Origin: Endomicrobiia bacterium
GTDB taxonomy: Bacteria; Elusimicrobiota; Endomicrobiia; DTEH01
Length of the DNA stretch: 64,000 bases
Assembly: GCA_039630545.1 (NCBI GenBank)
Contig: JBCNUU010000001.1
Span: 160,001 to 224,000 of the forward strand
Reading direction: 5' to 3'
The notes below the pieces were generated by a model that did not search any database, was not told the origin of the DNA, and saw nothing but the letters and a program-made list of their open reading frames with translations. The translations under genes and the position numbers were made by a program. This document shows, one piece after another, positions 9,199 through 19,398 of the stretch. The first letter of the stretch is position 1; each line of letters starts with the position of its first letter.

Positions 9199-10959
9199 AT
9201 GAAATTAACAAATTTTTATTTACCAACATTAAGGGAACCGCCAAGTGAGTGTGATATAATTTCTTCTAAGCTAATGTTTAGAGCAGGTATGATAAGAAAA
9301 CTTGCCAGTGGTATATATGAGTATTTGCCACTTGGTTTAAGGGTTCTTAAGAAGATAGAGCAAATAATACGTGAAGAGATGGATAGAATAGGTGGTCTTG
9401 AAGTGTGGCTTCCTCATCTTTTGCCTCGGGATATATGGGAGCAGACAGGTAGATGGCAACTATACGGTAAAGAACTTTTTAGATTAAAAGACAGAAAAAA
9501 CGCCGATTTTTGTTTATCTCCTACAGCTGAAGAAGTTATAACACATCTTATAAGAAATGAAATGCGTTCTTATAAACAATTACCAAAAATGTTTTATCAA
9601 TTTGGTACAAAATTTAGAGATGAAATAAGACCAAGATTTGGAGTAATAAGAGCCAGAGAATTCTATATGAAAGATGCTTATTCTTTTCATAAAGATGAAA
9701 AAGATGCGGAAGAGTTTTACCAGAAGGTTTTTGATGCCTATTGTAGAATTTTTAAAAGATGTGGATTAAATTTTGTTGCGGTAGAGGCATCTACAGGGGC
9801 TATTGGAGGCAAATTTTCTCATGAGTTCATGGTTGTCAAGGAAAAAGATCCTGATTTTGTGGGTGAAGAGACAATAGTGTTTTGTTCTAATTGTGGTTAT
9901 TCTGCAAATATAGAAAAAGCAAAGTGCATATATGAAGATACTACTGAAAAGTTTTTGAAAATGGAAGAATTATGCGAAGTGTTTACTCCGGGTATGAAGA
10001 CAGTGGAAGAAGTAGCCGGTTTTTTGAAGGAATCTAAAGATAAATTTATTAAAACTTTAGTGTATAAAGAAGAAACACAAAATTATGTGTATTTAGTTCT
10101 TATTAGAGGTGATTATGAAGTAAACGAAGCAAAACTTAAAGAAGTTTTGTCATTGTCAGATATTAAGTTGGTAGAACCACAGGAGGTGGAAGAAATCTTT
10201 GGTGTTCCTGTGGGTTTTTTAGGACCTGTTAATTTAAATATTGTCAATAAAAAGTATGTAGTTAAGACTGTAGCAGATGAGTCTGTGAAATATATAATGA
10301 ATGGTATTTCTGGAGCAAATAAAAAAGATTATCATTTAAAGAATATAAATTATCAAAAAGATTTTACTGTAGATATAGTTGCTGATATTAGAAATATTAC
10401 TAAAGAAGATTTATGTCCTGTATGTAGAAATAAGAGTACTTTAAATTTTTCAAAAGGGATAGAAGTTGGTCATACTTTCAAATTAGGTACAAAATACTCA
10501 AAGTCGATGGAAGCCACTTTTCTTGATGAAAATAATAATCAGAAGTACTTTGTCATGGGATGTTATGGGATTGGTGTTTCAAGAATTATAGCAGCAGCTA
10601 TAGAACAAAATCATGATGATAAAGGGATTATCTGGTATCCTGAGATTGCTCCATTTTTAGTATATATATTGCCTATTGATTATAGTGATCCCCAGATCAA
10701 AAATATTACTGATAAACTCTATAACTTATTGTTAGACAACAATATAGAAACAATCTTAGATGACAGAGATGAACGGCCAGGAGTAAAATTTAAAGATGCG
10801 GATCTTATAGGAATACCTCTAAGAATAACTATAAGTAAAAAACTACTTCCATCAAAAGTTGAATTATATTTTAGAAAAAACTCTGAGAAAGAAGTTGTGG
10901 AGTTGGATGGTATAATAGATAAAATTAAAAAAACACTTGCTTCATTAAAAAATTTTTAA
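9199..10959 (+). CDS. proS: Proline--tRNA ligase (bacterial type with editing domain)
   Basis: PTLRE, AGMIRKLASGIY, FRDEIRPRFG, GIEVGHTFKLGTKYS, MGCYGIGVSR, DDRDERPGVKF. Confidence 0.98.
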   Translation: MKLTNFYLPTLREPPSECDIISSKLMFRAGMIRKLASGIYEYLPLGLRVLKKIEQIIREEMDRIGGLEVWLPHLLPRDIWEQTGRWQLYGKELFRLKDRKNADFCLSPTAEEVITHLIRNEMRSYKQLPKMFYQFGTKFRDEIRPRFGVIRAREFYMKDAYSFHKDEKDAEEFYQKVFDAYCRIFKRCGLNFVAVEASTGAIGGKFSHEFMVVKEKDPDFVGEETIVFCSNCGYSANIEKAKCIYEDTTEKFLKMEELCEVFTPGMKTVEEVAGFLKESKDKFIKTLVYKEETQNYVYLVLIRGDYEVNEAKLKEVLSLSDIKLVEPQEVEEIFGVPVGFLGPVNLNIVNKKYVVKTVADESVKYIMNGISGANKKDYHLKNINYQKDFTVDIVADIRNITKEDLCPVCRNKSTLNFSKGIEVGHTFKLGTKYSKSMEATFLDENNNQKYFVMGCYGIGVSRIIAAAIEQNHDDKGIIWYPEIAPFLVYILPIDYSDPQIKNITDKLYNLLLDNNIETILDDRDERPGVKFKDADLIGIPLRITISKKLLPSKVELYFRKNSEKEVVELDGIIDKIKKTLASLKNF

Positions 10960-10980
10960 TATAAACACAATTTACTTACT

Positions 10981-11478
10981 ATGAGTAAAAATGAAATAAT
11001 AGAAAAAGTAAAAGAGGTAATTTCTCCAGTTTTAGAATCAGGTGGATATGAATTAGTAGATATAGAATATGATTTATCACAAGAAGGAAGAGTTTTAAGG
11101 ATATATATAGATAAAGATGGTGGTGTCAAAATCAAAGATTGTGAAACAGTAACTGCAATGGTTTTGACTGTATTAGATACTCATAAGATAATTGAAGAGG
11201 ATTATTTCATAGAAGTTTCATCCCCTGGAATATATCGTGAGTTAAAAAAAGAAAAAGATTTTTTAAGATATATAGGACATAGAATAAAAGTAAAATTATA
11301 CAATTCAATGGAATTGCCTCAGTTTGGTAAGCAGAAAGTTTTTTTTGGTAAATTAAAAGATTTTAAAAATAATACTTTGTGGATCGTCTTGGATAACAAC
11401 TTAGAAATATGTTTTGATATGAGTATAGTTGCGAAGGTAAATTTAGAACCAGACATTTCTATTTTATTTGATAAATAA
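10981..11478 (+). CDS. rimP: Ribosome maturation factor RimP
   Basis: ELVDIE, LRIYID, DCE, IEVSSPG motifs; lies upstream of nusA. Confidence 0.95.
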   Translation: MSKNEIIEKVKEVISPVLESGGYELVDIEYDLSQEGRVLRIYIDKDGGVKIKDCETVTAMVLTVLDTHKIIEEDYFIEVSSPGIYRELKKEKDFLRYIGHRIKVKLYNSMELPQFGKQKVFFGKLKDFKNNTLWIVLDNNLEICFDMSIVAKVNLEPDISILFDK

Positions 11479-11488
11479 CTTTAAATCT

Positions 11489-12562
11489 ATGACAGAAATA
11501 AAACTTGAAGATATATTACCAGCATTAGAACAAATAGAAAAGTTGCATAAAATACCTCGTGAGGAGGTTATAAAGTCTATAGAATCAGCTATAACTTCAG
11601 CTGCTAACAAATTTTTTGGTTCCGAATATAAAATCGTAACTAACATAGATTTTAACAGCGGTACTGGAGTGCAAACTTTTATCATTAAAAAAGTTGTTGA
11701 AAAAATTACTGATGAAAAACAAGAAATTTCTTTAGAAGAGGCAAAAAAATATAATTCTCAAGCTAAAATAGGAGATGAAGTAAAAATTTTAGTAAATAAT
11801 GCTTCTTTTAGCAGGTTAGCTGCTCAGTCTGCTAAGAAGATTATTTTACAAAAACTCCGTGAAAGTTACAAAAAGAATATCTTTGAGGAATATAAATCAA
11901 AAGTAGGTGAAATAGTATCAGCAAATGTGTATGCTATAAAAGGCAAAACCATTATATTAGAAGTGATGGGAAATATTGAAGGAATAATTCCACAGAGGGA
12001 ACAGGTGTTTAAAGAGAAATTTAGAATAGGACAAACAATAAAAGTATTAATAAAAGATGTTGAAAAAACAAAAAAAGGTATAAGAATAATAGCATCCAGA
12101 TTTGACAAAGATTTTATTAAAAAACTTTTTATGTCTGAAATCCCAGAGATAAAAGAAAATGTAATAGAAATAGTAGAAATTGTCCGTGCAGCTGGACATA
12201 GGACAAAAATAGTATTAAAATCAAATAATCCTAAAGTGGATCCTGTAGGATCTTGTGTTGGAGTAAAAGGTTCAAGAATAAAACCAATAATTGATGAATT
12301 ACAAGGAGAAAAAATAGATTTGATACCATATACCGATAATATTACAAAATTCATACTTTATTCCTTAGCTCCATGGAAAGTAGAAAAAGTAGAAGTAGAA
12401 GATGCTGACAAAAAAATAGCGAATGTTTATTTGTCTAAGGATTTTTACGAAACTGTTAGTGACAAAGCTAACATTAATCTTAATCTTGCTAAGGAATTAA
12501 CAGGTTGGGAGATAAAGATATATCCTTTAGAAACTAATGTAGATACTAAAAAAAATGAATAA
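11489..12562 (+). CDS. nusA: Transcription termination/antitermination factor NusA
   Basis: FSRLAAQSAK, S1 domain, EIPEI, RAAGHRTK, VDPVGSCVGVKGSRI, LAKELTGWEI. ATG 11489 preferred as start. Confidence 0.96.
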   Translation: MTEIKLEDILPALEQIEKLHKIPREEVIKSIESAITSAANKFFGSEYKIVTNIDFNSGTGVQTFIIKKVVEKITDEKQEISLEEAKKYNSQAKIGDEVKILVNNASFSRLAAQSAKKIILQKLRESYKKNIFEEYKSKVGEIVSANVYAIKGKTIILEVMGNIEGIIPQREQVFKEKFRIGQTIKVLIKDVEKTKKGIRIIASRFDKDFIKKLFMSEIPEIKENVIEIVEIVRAAGHRTKIVLKSNNPKVDPVGSCVGVKGSRIKPIIDELQGEKIDLIPYTDNITKFILYSLAPWKVEKVEVEDADKKIANVYLSKDFYETVSDKANINLNLAKELTGWEIKIYPLETNVDTKKNE

Positions 12563-14525
12563 AAAAAGTACCAAAAAAGACATAGATAAAATTAAAAAGA
12601 CAATTGTTGATAAGAAGAAAAAAGAAAAAAAAACTTTGCCTAAAAAAAACAATCTCAAGTCTTCTACAACGCTTTCTCGTAAACGAGAAGTATCACAGAA
12701 GTTGTTAACTATAAAGTTAACTAAGGAAGGCATTTCTCCCCAGGAAATTTCAGAGATTATAAAAGAACCTGTCAATAAAATCATTACAGAGTTGATAAGC
12801 TTAGGAGTAATAGTTTCTGCCACACAGAAAATTACTGATAAAGATACTCTTGAATTATTATTTATTCAGTTAGGAAAAAAAATAAAATTTGAAGAGGTTG
12901 TGGAAGCAAAAGAAGAGATTACTATTGAAGAAAAAGAAATTAAAGAAATTAAGGTAGAAGAACCAAAAATAGAAAAAAAACCAAAAGTAGAACAAGTTAA
13001 AAAAGAAATACCTCCTAATTTTGTTAAAAAAATTCCTGTAGTCACAGTAATGGGACATGTAGACCATGGCAAAACTACTTTATTGGATACAATTAGAAAA
13101 ACTAATGTTGTTTCACAGGAATACGGAGCTATTACTCAACATATTGGAGCTTATAAAGTTAAGTATAAAGAGAATTTTATAACTTTCATAGATACTCCGG
13201 GCCACGAAGCTTTTTATGCTATAAGAGCAAGAGGTGCTAAAGTTACTGATATTGTAGTTTTAATAGTAGCAGGTGATGAGGGGATTAAACCCCAAACTAT
13301 TGAATGTATAAATCATATAAAATCTGCTAATGTTCCCTTTATAGTTGCTGTTAACAAAATAGATTTACCACAGTGTAATGTAAACAATGTTAAAAAACAG
13401 TTTTCTGATTTAGGGATTATACCAGCAGATTGGGGGGGAGATGTTGAGTTTGTAGAGATTTCTGCAAGAAACAACATTAACATAGACAGGTTATTAGAAA
13501 TAATAATTGCTCAAACTGAACTAATGGAGTTATATTCACCAATTGATGTTCCTTGTGAAGCTGTGGTAATTGAAACTAAGTTTGATCAAAAAAAAGGATT
13601 TTTAGCCACTGTAATAGTCAACAAAGGCAAATTGAAAATAGGAGAAAGTTTTATATGTGGTTATTCATATGGGAAGGTAAGATCTATTTTTGATGAAAAT
13701 GGTCAAAAGTTAAATGAGTTAAATCCCGGAGAACCTGGAGAAATTTTTGGTTTTGAAGTTTTGGCTAATGCCGGAGATATTTTAAAAGTCGTAAAAGATG
13801 AAAAAGAAGCAAAAAGGATATATGAAGAACTTGAGGCTCAAAGGAAGATACAATTAAGTAAAACAAAAAGACATCTTACTATAGAAGATGTGATATCTGG
13901 TAAAAGAAATGTTTTAAGTTTAGTTATAAAAGCAGATACTCAGGGTTCTTTAGAAGCTATACTAAAGATGTTAAATAATTTATCAGAGGAACTTAAAAAT
14001 TCTGCGGAACTTCCGGAGCTAAAGATATGTCATTCTTCTGTAGGAGAAATAAAAGAATCCGATGTATTACTTGCTACAACAAGTGACGCTATAATAATAG
14101 GTTTTAATGTGAGACCCAATATTCAAGCTTTAAAAGACGCTAAACATGAAGGTATTGAGATAAGAACTTATAGGTTAATTTATGAACTTATAGATGACAT
14201 AAGAAAAACACTGCAGCGTTTAGAAATAAAAAAAGAAACAGAAGAGTTTTTAGGAAGAGCAAGAATTAAAAAAATTTTCGAGATTTCCAAAGTAGGAAAA
14301 ATAGCTGGATGCATAGTGGAGGAAGGCAAAATTGTAAGAAATTCAAAGGTAAGAATTTTGAGAGATAATGTTATTATAGGTGAGACAAAAATTATTTCTT
14401 TAAAACATTTCAAAGAAGATGTGAAAGAAATTCAGCAAGGATATGAATGTGGTATTGGACTTGAAAACTTTCAAAACATAAAAGAAAACGATGTGATAGA
14501 ATGTTATCAAATTGTAATTAAATAA
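12555..14525 (+). CDS. infB: Translation initiation factor IF-2
   Basis: VVTVMGHVDHGKTTLLD, GAITQHIGAY, DTPGHEAF, NKID, KADTQGS, ECGIGL. Confidence 0.98.
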   Translation: MNKKSTKKDIDKIKKTIVDKKKKEKKTLPKKNNLKSSTTLSRKREVSQKLLTIKLTKEGISPQEISEIIKEPVNKIITELISLGVIVSATQKITDKDTLELLFIQLGKKIKFEEVVEAKEEITIEEKEIKEIKVEEPKIEKKPKVEQVKKEIPPNFVKKIPVVTVMGHVDHGKTTLLDTIRKTNVVSQEYGAITQHIGAYKVKYKENFITFIDTPGHEAFYAIRARGAKVTDIVVLIVAGDEGIKPQTIECINHIKSANVPFIVAVNKIDLPQCNVNNVKKQFSDLGIIPADWGGDVEFVEISARNNINIDRLLEIIIAQTELMELYSPIDVPCEAVVIETKFDQKKGFLATVIVNKGKLKIGESFICGYSYGKVRSIFDENGQKLNELNPGEPGEIFGFEVLANAGDILKVVKDEKEAKRIYEELEAQRKIQLSKTKRHLTIEDVISGKRNVLSLVIKADTQGSLEAILKMLNNLSEELKNSAELPELKICHSSVGEIKESDVLLATTSDAIIIGFNVRPNIQALKDAKHEGIEIRTYRLIYELIDDIRKTLQRLEIKKETEEFLGRARIKKIFEISKVGKIAGCIVEEGKIVRNSKVRILRDNVIIGETKIISLKHFKEDVKEIQQGYECGIGLENFQNIKENDVIECYQIVIK

Positions 14526-14878
14526 TGAAGAATTTTCTTTACAGAACATATAGAGTAAGAAAGCAACTTCATAGAGAAATAGCTAATATAATTTCTAACT
14601 TAAAAGATCCAAGAGCTAACAACATTACTATTACTGAAGTTGAACTTTCATCAGATCTTAGAACTGCGAAAATATATTATACTGTGATTGGTAATAATAT
14701 TCAGGATATAAAAGAGATGTTTAATTCGGCTAAAGGTTTTATTAGAAGTTCTTTAGCGCAAAAGTTAAATCTTAAACATGCGGTTGACATAGAATTTATT
14801 TATGATAAATTTTTAGAAAAAGCTTTTAGAGTTATCACAATTTTAGATAAAATTAAAGATGAAGAAAGTAACAAGTAA
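14525..14878 (+). CDS. rbfA: Ribosome-binding factor A
   Basis: KDPR, ITEVELSSDLRTAKIY, AKGFIRS, F.YD motifs; follows infB. Confidence 0.93.
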   Translation: MKNFLYRTYRVRKQLHREIANIISNLKDPRANNITITEVELSSDLRTAKIYYTVIGNNIQDIKEMFNSAKGFIRSSLAQKLNLKHAVDIEFIYDKFLEKAFRVITILDKIKDEESNK

Positions 14879-15854
14879 AGAAGCAAAAAAGTTCTTTGAA
14901 TTAGTAAAAAATTCAAAAAGTATCCTTATTATAGGTCATGAATTTCCAGATGCTGATGTAGTTGGAAGTGCTTTAGCTATTTTCTTATTTATAAATAAAC
15001 TTTATCCAGAGAAGAAAATAGATATATATTCAAAAGATAAAATACCCGAATATTTAAAGTTTCTACCTGAAATAGATAAAATAAAAATAATAAGAAAAGT
15101 TCCACATTATAAAAAATATGATCTTGGTATCATGCTTGAATGTATAGATAAATCTAGGATAGGAGATATAATAGAATTTTCTCAACTTCGTTATATAGTG
15201 AATATAGATCATCATTTAAATAATCAGAATTTTTCAGATAGAAATTTCTTAAATATTGTATACACTGAATATGCTTCATGTGCTGAGATTGTTTTTGACA
15301 TATTTAAATTAAATAAAGTTAAACTTAACAAAGAGATGGCTTTATGTATATATGTAGGGATTCTTACCGATACTGGAATGTTCCAGTGGACAAATACTAA
15401 TAGACATACTTTTACTACTGCAGCTGAACTTCTTTTATATGGGATAGAACCATATTTTGTTTATAAAAGTTTGTTTAGAAATAAAAGCTACGAAAGTATG
15501 TTGCTTTTGAGTAAAGCACTGTCTACTATGAAGTTTGAAAAAATAAAAAATTATAAGGTAGGCACAATGCAAGTAACACAGAAGATGCTAAAACAAACAA
15601 AAACTACTTTGCGGGATACAGAAAATTTTATAAATTTTATAATGGATGTATCTAACACAAATATAGGAATTTTATTTAAAGAAGAAGAAAAAAATTCAAT
15701 AAAGGTAAGTTTCAGGTCAGATGTAGTTGATGTTGAAAAAATATGTAAAAATTGGGGAGGTGGAGGGCATAAATCTGCTGCTGGAGCGATGATAAAAGGT
15801 AACATCGAAAAAGTTAGAGTTGAAGTTTTAAACTACTTAAGAAAAATATTGTAA
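14859..15854 (+). CDS. nrnA: DHH family phosphoesterase (bifunctional oligoribonuclease/PAP phosphatase NrnA)
   Basis: HEFPDADVVGS, NIDHH, GILTDTGMF, VSFRS, GGGGHKSAAG. Confidence 0.9.
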   Translation: MKKVTSKEAKKFFELVKNSKSILIIGHEFPDADVVGSALAIFLFINKLYPEKKIDIYSKDKIPEYLKFLPEIDKIKIIRKVPHYKKYDLGIMLECIDKSRIGDIIEFSQLRYIVNIDHHLNNQNFSDRNFLNIVYTEYASCAEIVFDIFKLNKVKLNKEMALCIYVGILTDTGMFQWTNTNRHTFTTAAELLLYGIEPYFVYKSLFRNKSYESMLLLSKALSTMKFEKIKNYKVGTMQVTQKMLKQTKTTLRDTENFINFIMDVSNTNIGILFKEEEKNSIKVSFRSDVVDVEKICKNWGGGGHKSAAGAMIKGNIEKVRVEVLNYLRKIL

Positions 15855-16741
15855 TGCAAAAAGCTGGTGTTGCTACGATTGGTTTTTTTGACGGAGTTCA
15901 TCTGGGACATCAGAAATTGATATCTATAGTTAAAAAAGTAGCTGCGGCTTCTAACTACAAAAGTATTCTTTTTACTTTTAATAAAACTTTAAAATCTGAA
16001 AATTTGATTTATAGTTTTAGAAAAAAGATTGAGATTTTAAAATCATGTAATTTGGACAAAATTATTGTACTTGATTTTTGGAAAATAAAAAATTTAACAC
16101 CTCAGATGTTCTTTGAAAAATTTATAATAAAAAATAAAATTAAACTAGTTATTGTAGGCAGAAATTTTAGATTTGGGAAAGACGCATCTGGCGGAACAAA
16201 AGAGTTGATAGAATTATCACATAAATACAAAGTTTCTTTAGGAATAATCAAAAATGTTAAAATTAAGTTGAACACAAAATCCTATTCCGTATCTTCATCA
16301 ATGATAAGGAATAAAATATTAAAAAGTAAATTTGAATATGTCAACAAACTCCTTAATAGGGATTATTATATTGAGGGCTTTGTTACAAAAGGATATGGGA
16401 TTGGCAGTAAGCTTCTGGGTGTTCCTACTTTGAATATTTCACCTAAAAATCTTGTGTTACCCAGAGGTGTAATTTTAGGTATAACAGAGATAGACCAAAA
16501 AAAATTTTACTCAATTGCAAATTTTGGATTCGCTCCTACTTTTAAAAAAAAGTATTTTTCTGTGGAGATACATATTTTGAACAAAAGTATTAATATCAAA
16601 AATAATAGGACAATAAAATTTTATCCTATAAAAAAAATAAGAAATGAAAAATTTTTTTCTTCAGTTTCGTCTCTTAAAAAGTGTATTCTAAATGATATTA
16701 AAAAAGCTTCGCTTTTTTTTCGGTCATATAAAATTGATTAA
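15854..16741 (+). CDS. ribF: Bifunctional riboflavin kinase/FAD synthetase
   Basis: IGFFDGVHLGHQ, GRNFRFG, VSSSMIR, LGVPTLN, NFGFAPTF, VEIHIL, IRNEKFF. Confidence 0.93.
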   Translation: MQKAGVATIGFFDGVHLGHQKLISIVKKVAAASNYKSILFTFNKTLKSENLIYSFRKKIEILKSCNLDKIIVLDFWKIKNLTPQMFFEKFIIKNKIKLVIVGRNFRFGKDASGGTKELIELSHKYKVSLGIIKNVKIKLNTKSYSVSSSMIRNKILKSKFEYVNKLLNRDYYIEGFVTKGYGIGSKLLGVPTLNISPKNLVLPRGVILGITEIDQKKFYSIANFGFAPTFKKKYFSVEIHILNKSINIKNNRTIKFYPIKKIRNEKFFSSVSSLKKCILNDIKKASLFFRSYKID

Positions 16742-16750
16742 GGAGGAAAT

Positions 16751-18742
16751 ATGAATAATATAATAAACATCTCTGTGATAGGTTCATCTACTTCAGGTAA
16801 AACTTCTTTAGTTGAAGCAATTTCATTTTTGGCCGGTATAACTTCAAGATTAGGAAGTGTTCAAGACGGAAACACTATATCAGATTATTTGCCTGAAGAA
16901 ATAGAAAAACAAATGTCAATAAGTAATTCTGTAATTACATTCACTTATAAAGATAAAAAAATAAATTTAATAGATACACCAGGATTTCCTGATTTTATAG
17001 GAGAAGTTTTGTGTGCTTTAAACGTAGTAGAAAATTGTATTTTAGTGGTAAGTGGAGACTCACAGCTGGATGCCCAAACCATGGACTTTGTAGATATGCT
17101 TCGCGAAAAGCAAATACCTTTTGTTACAGTAATAAGTAAAATGGACAAGGAAAATATTAATTTTGAAGAGAAATTAAAAGAGATTGAAGAAAAATTGGAG
17201 TTAAATTTTACTCCTGTTACAATTCCTAAATCTGTTAGTAGTAATCTTGAAATTATTAATTTGTTATCTCTTCAAGAGAGACCCTCGCAAGCTGAAATTG
17301 CTAAACTTTATGATAAATTTTTTGAAAATGTTGTCAGTTTAAATGAACAGCTTATGGAGAAATATTTAAATAATGAAAAAATCTCTTTAAATGAAATTTC
17401 CTCACAAGTTAGAATAGGATACCAATCCTTACAGATAAGACCTTTGTTTTGTGCTTCTTTTAACAAATTAGTTGGTGTTAAAGAAATTTTAGAATTTGTT
17501 TTAGAAAACTTTACAGATGCCCAAAGTGTTTTAAAAAAGAATGGATTTTCTTTAGATCAGCAAGTATCAGCTTTAGTGTTTAAAACTGTAAGTGAACCTG
17601 GCATGGGACAGATGAATTATATTAAGGTTTATAGTGGAAAGTTTGTAAGTGGTATGGATGTTAAAAATATTACAAGGAATATTACAGAACGAATAGGTCA
17701 ATTAGTGTTTTTACAAGGTAAAAAACGTCAGGAACTAAATGAGATTGTATTTGGAGATATTGGCGGATTGATTAAGCTTAAAGATACAAGAACAAATGAT
17801 ATTTTATCTAACGATGAAACATTAGCAAAAAAAATAAAAAGAATAGAATTTCCAGAACCTTTAACAGATATGGCTGTAGTAAGTAAGTCTAAGGGAGAAG
17901 AGGAAAAAGTAGGTAACGCTTTCAGTAATATTCTGTTAGAAGATCCGACTTTAAGATTTAAATACAATCCAGAAATAAAACAAATGATAGTTTCAGGGAT
18001 AGGCTTTACTCAGTTGGATATTATAGTTAAAAGAATAAAATCAAGATATAATGTTGAAGTTGATCTCATTAAACCGAAAATACCTTATAAAGAAACAATT
18101 AAGAAAAAAACAGAAGCTGAAGGTAAATACAAAAGACAGTCAGGAGGAAGAGGGCAGTATGGTCATTGTTTCCTAAGAGTTGAACCTCTTCCGCGAGGAA
18201 AAGGTTTTGAGTTTGTAGATGAAATTTTTGGAGGGGTTATTCCTAAAAACTATATACCTTCTGTTGAAAAAGGTGTTTTGGAAAAAATGGCAGAGGGTGT
18301 GATTGCTGGCTATCCGGTGGTTGATATAAAAGTTACATTATATGACGGTTCTTATCATGAAGTAGATTCTTCTGATATGGCATTTAAAATTGCTGCAAGA
18401 ATGGCTCTTCAAAAAGCAATAATGGAAGGTTCTCCATGTATTTTAGAACCAATAATGGATGTTGAAATAAAAGTTCCTGAAGAGTACCTTGGGAATGTCA
18501 TAGGAGATATAAATAGTAGAAGAGGTAGAATAATATCTTTTGAAAAAGAACATAAATATCAAAAAATTAAAGCACAGATTCCTTTAGCTGAACTTCACGG
18601 ATATACTATGGATTTAAGGAGTTTAACTAAAGGTGCAGGTAAATTTTCAATGAAACTTTCTCACTATGAAGAGTTACCACCACATCTATCTCAGCCTTTA
18701 ATTGAAGAATATCAAAAAAGTAAAACTCAACAAGAAGAATAA
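16751..18742 (+). CDS. fusA: Elongation factor G-like protein (EF-G2 / EFG II type)
   Basis: Five-domain EF-G architecture with KRQSGGRGQYGH and YHEVDSS, but divergent G-motifs (GSSTSGKT, KQMSI, DTPGFPDF, SKMD). Not in an str operon. RBS AGGAGG. Confidence 0.88.
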   Translation: MNNIINISVIGSSTSGKTSLVEAISFLAGITSRLGSVQDGNTISDYLPEEIEKQMSISNSVITFTYKDKKINLIDTPGFPDFIGEVLCALNVVENCILVVSGDSQLDAQTMDFVDMLREKQIPFVTVISKMDKENINFEEKLKEIEEKLELNFTPVTIPKSVSSNLEIINLLSLQERPSQAEIAKLYDKFFENVVSLNEQLMEKYLNNEKISLNEISSQVRIGYQSLQIRPLFCASFNKLVGVKEILEFVLENFTDAQSVLKKNGFSLDQQVSALVFKTVSEPGMGQMNYIKVYSGKFVSGMDVKNITRNITERIGQLVFLQGKKRQELNEIVFGDIGGLIKLKDTRTNDILSNDETLAKKIKRIEFPEPLTDMAVVSKSKGEEEKVGNAFSNILLEDPTLRFKYNPEIKQMIVSGIGFTQLDIIVKRIKSRYNVEVDLIKPKIPYKETIKKKTEAEGKYKRQSGGRGQYGHCFLRVEPLPRGKGFEFVDEIFGGVIPKNYIPSVEKGVLEKMAEGVIAGYPVVDIKVTLYDGSYHEVDSSDMAFKIAARMALQKAIMEGSPCILEPIMDVEIKVPEEYLGNVIGDINSRRGRIISFEKEHKYQKIKAQIPLAELHGYTMDLRSLTKGAGKFSMKLSHYEELPPHLSQPLIEEYQKSKTQQEE

Positions 18743-18768
18743 TTTATGTTTAAAGGAGGATTTTAAAA

Positions 18769-19377
18769 ATGAAAAACATATTACAAATGATTTTTTTAAT
18801 TGTAATTTGTTGTTTTATTTTTAACAGTTGTGCTACAACTCCTACTGTTACCAGGATAGATGTTTCTGAACAGATAGATTTAAGTGGAGAATGGAATGAT
18901 ACTGATTCTCAACTTGTAGCTGCTGAGATGATAAAAGATGCGTTAAGCCGTCCATGGATAGATGAATTTGTTTCAAAGAAAAAACAAAAGCCCAGAATAA
19001 TAGTAGGTACAGTAAAAAATCGTTCTCATGAACATATAAATACTCAGACTTTTGTTAAAGATCTGGAAAGAGAATTAATAAATTCAGGAAGAGTAGTATT
19101 TGTAGCTTCTAAAGAAGAAAGACAGGAAATAAGGGAAGAAAAACTTGACCAGATGATGCATGCTTCAGCTGCTACGAGAAAACAGTTAGGGGAAGAATGG
19201 GGTGCAGATTTTATTCTTCAAGGACAGATAAACACTATTCTTGATCAAGCTGGCAACAAAACTGTAAAATATTATCAAGTTGAATTAGAAATGGTAAATA
19301 TCTTGACTCATGAAAAAGTCTGGATAGGGCAGAAAAAAATTAAAAAGCTTGTTGAACGTCCAAGAACTAGGTTCTGA
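18769..19377 (+). CDS. LpoB-family lipoprotein (penicillin-binding protein activator-like)
   Basis: Lipobox-like FNSC, DLSGEWNDTDSQLVA, VKNRSHEHI, GADFILQGQI, VWIGQKKIKK. Confidence 0.78.
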   Translation: MKNILQMIFLIVICCFIFNSCATTPTVTRIDVSEQIDLSGEWNDTDSQLVAAEMIKDALSRPWIDEFVSKKKQKPRIIVGTVKNRSHEHINTQTFVKDLERELINSGRVVFVASKEERQEIREEKLDQMMHASAATRKQLGEEWGADFILQGQINTILDQAGNKTVKYYQVELEMVNILTHEKVWIGQKKIKKLVERPRTRF

Positions 19378-19398
19378 TTAAATTTGTTATTTAAAAAT

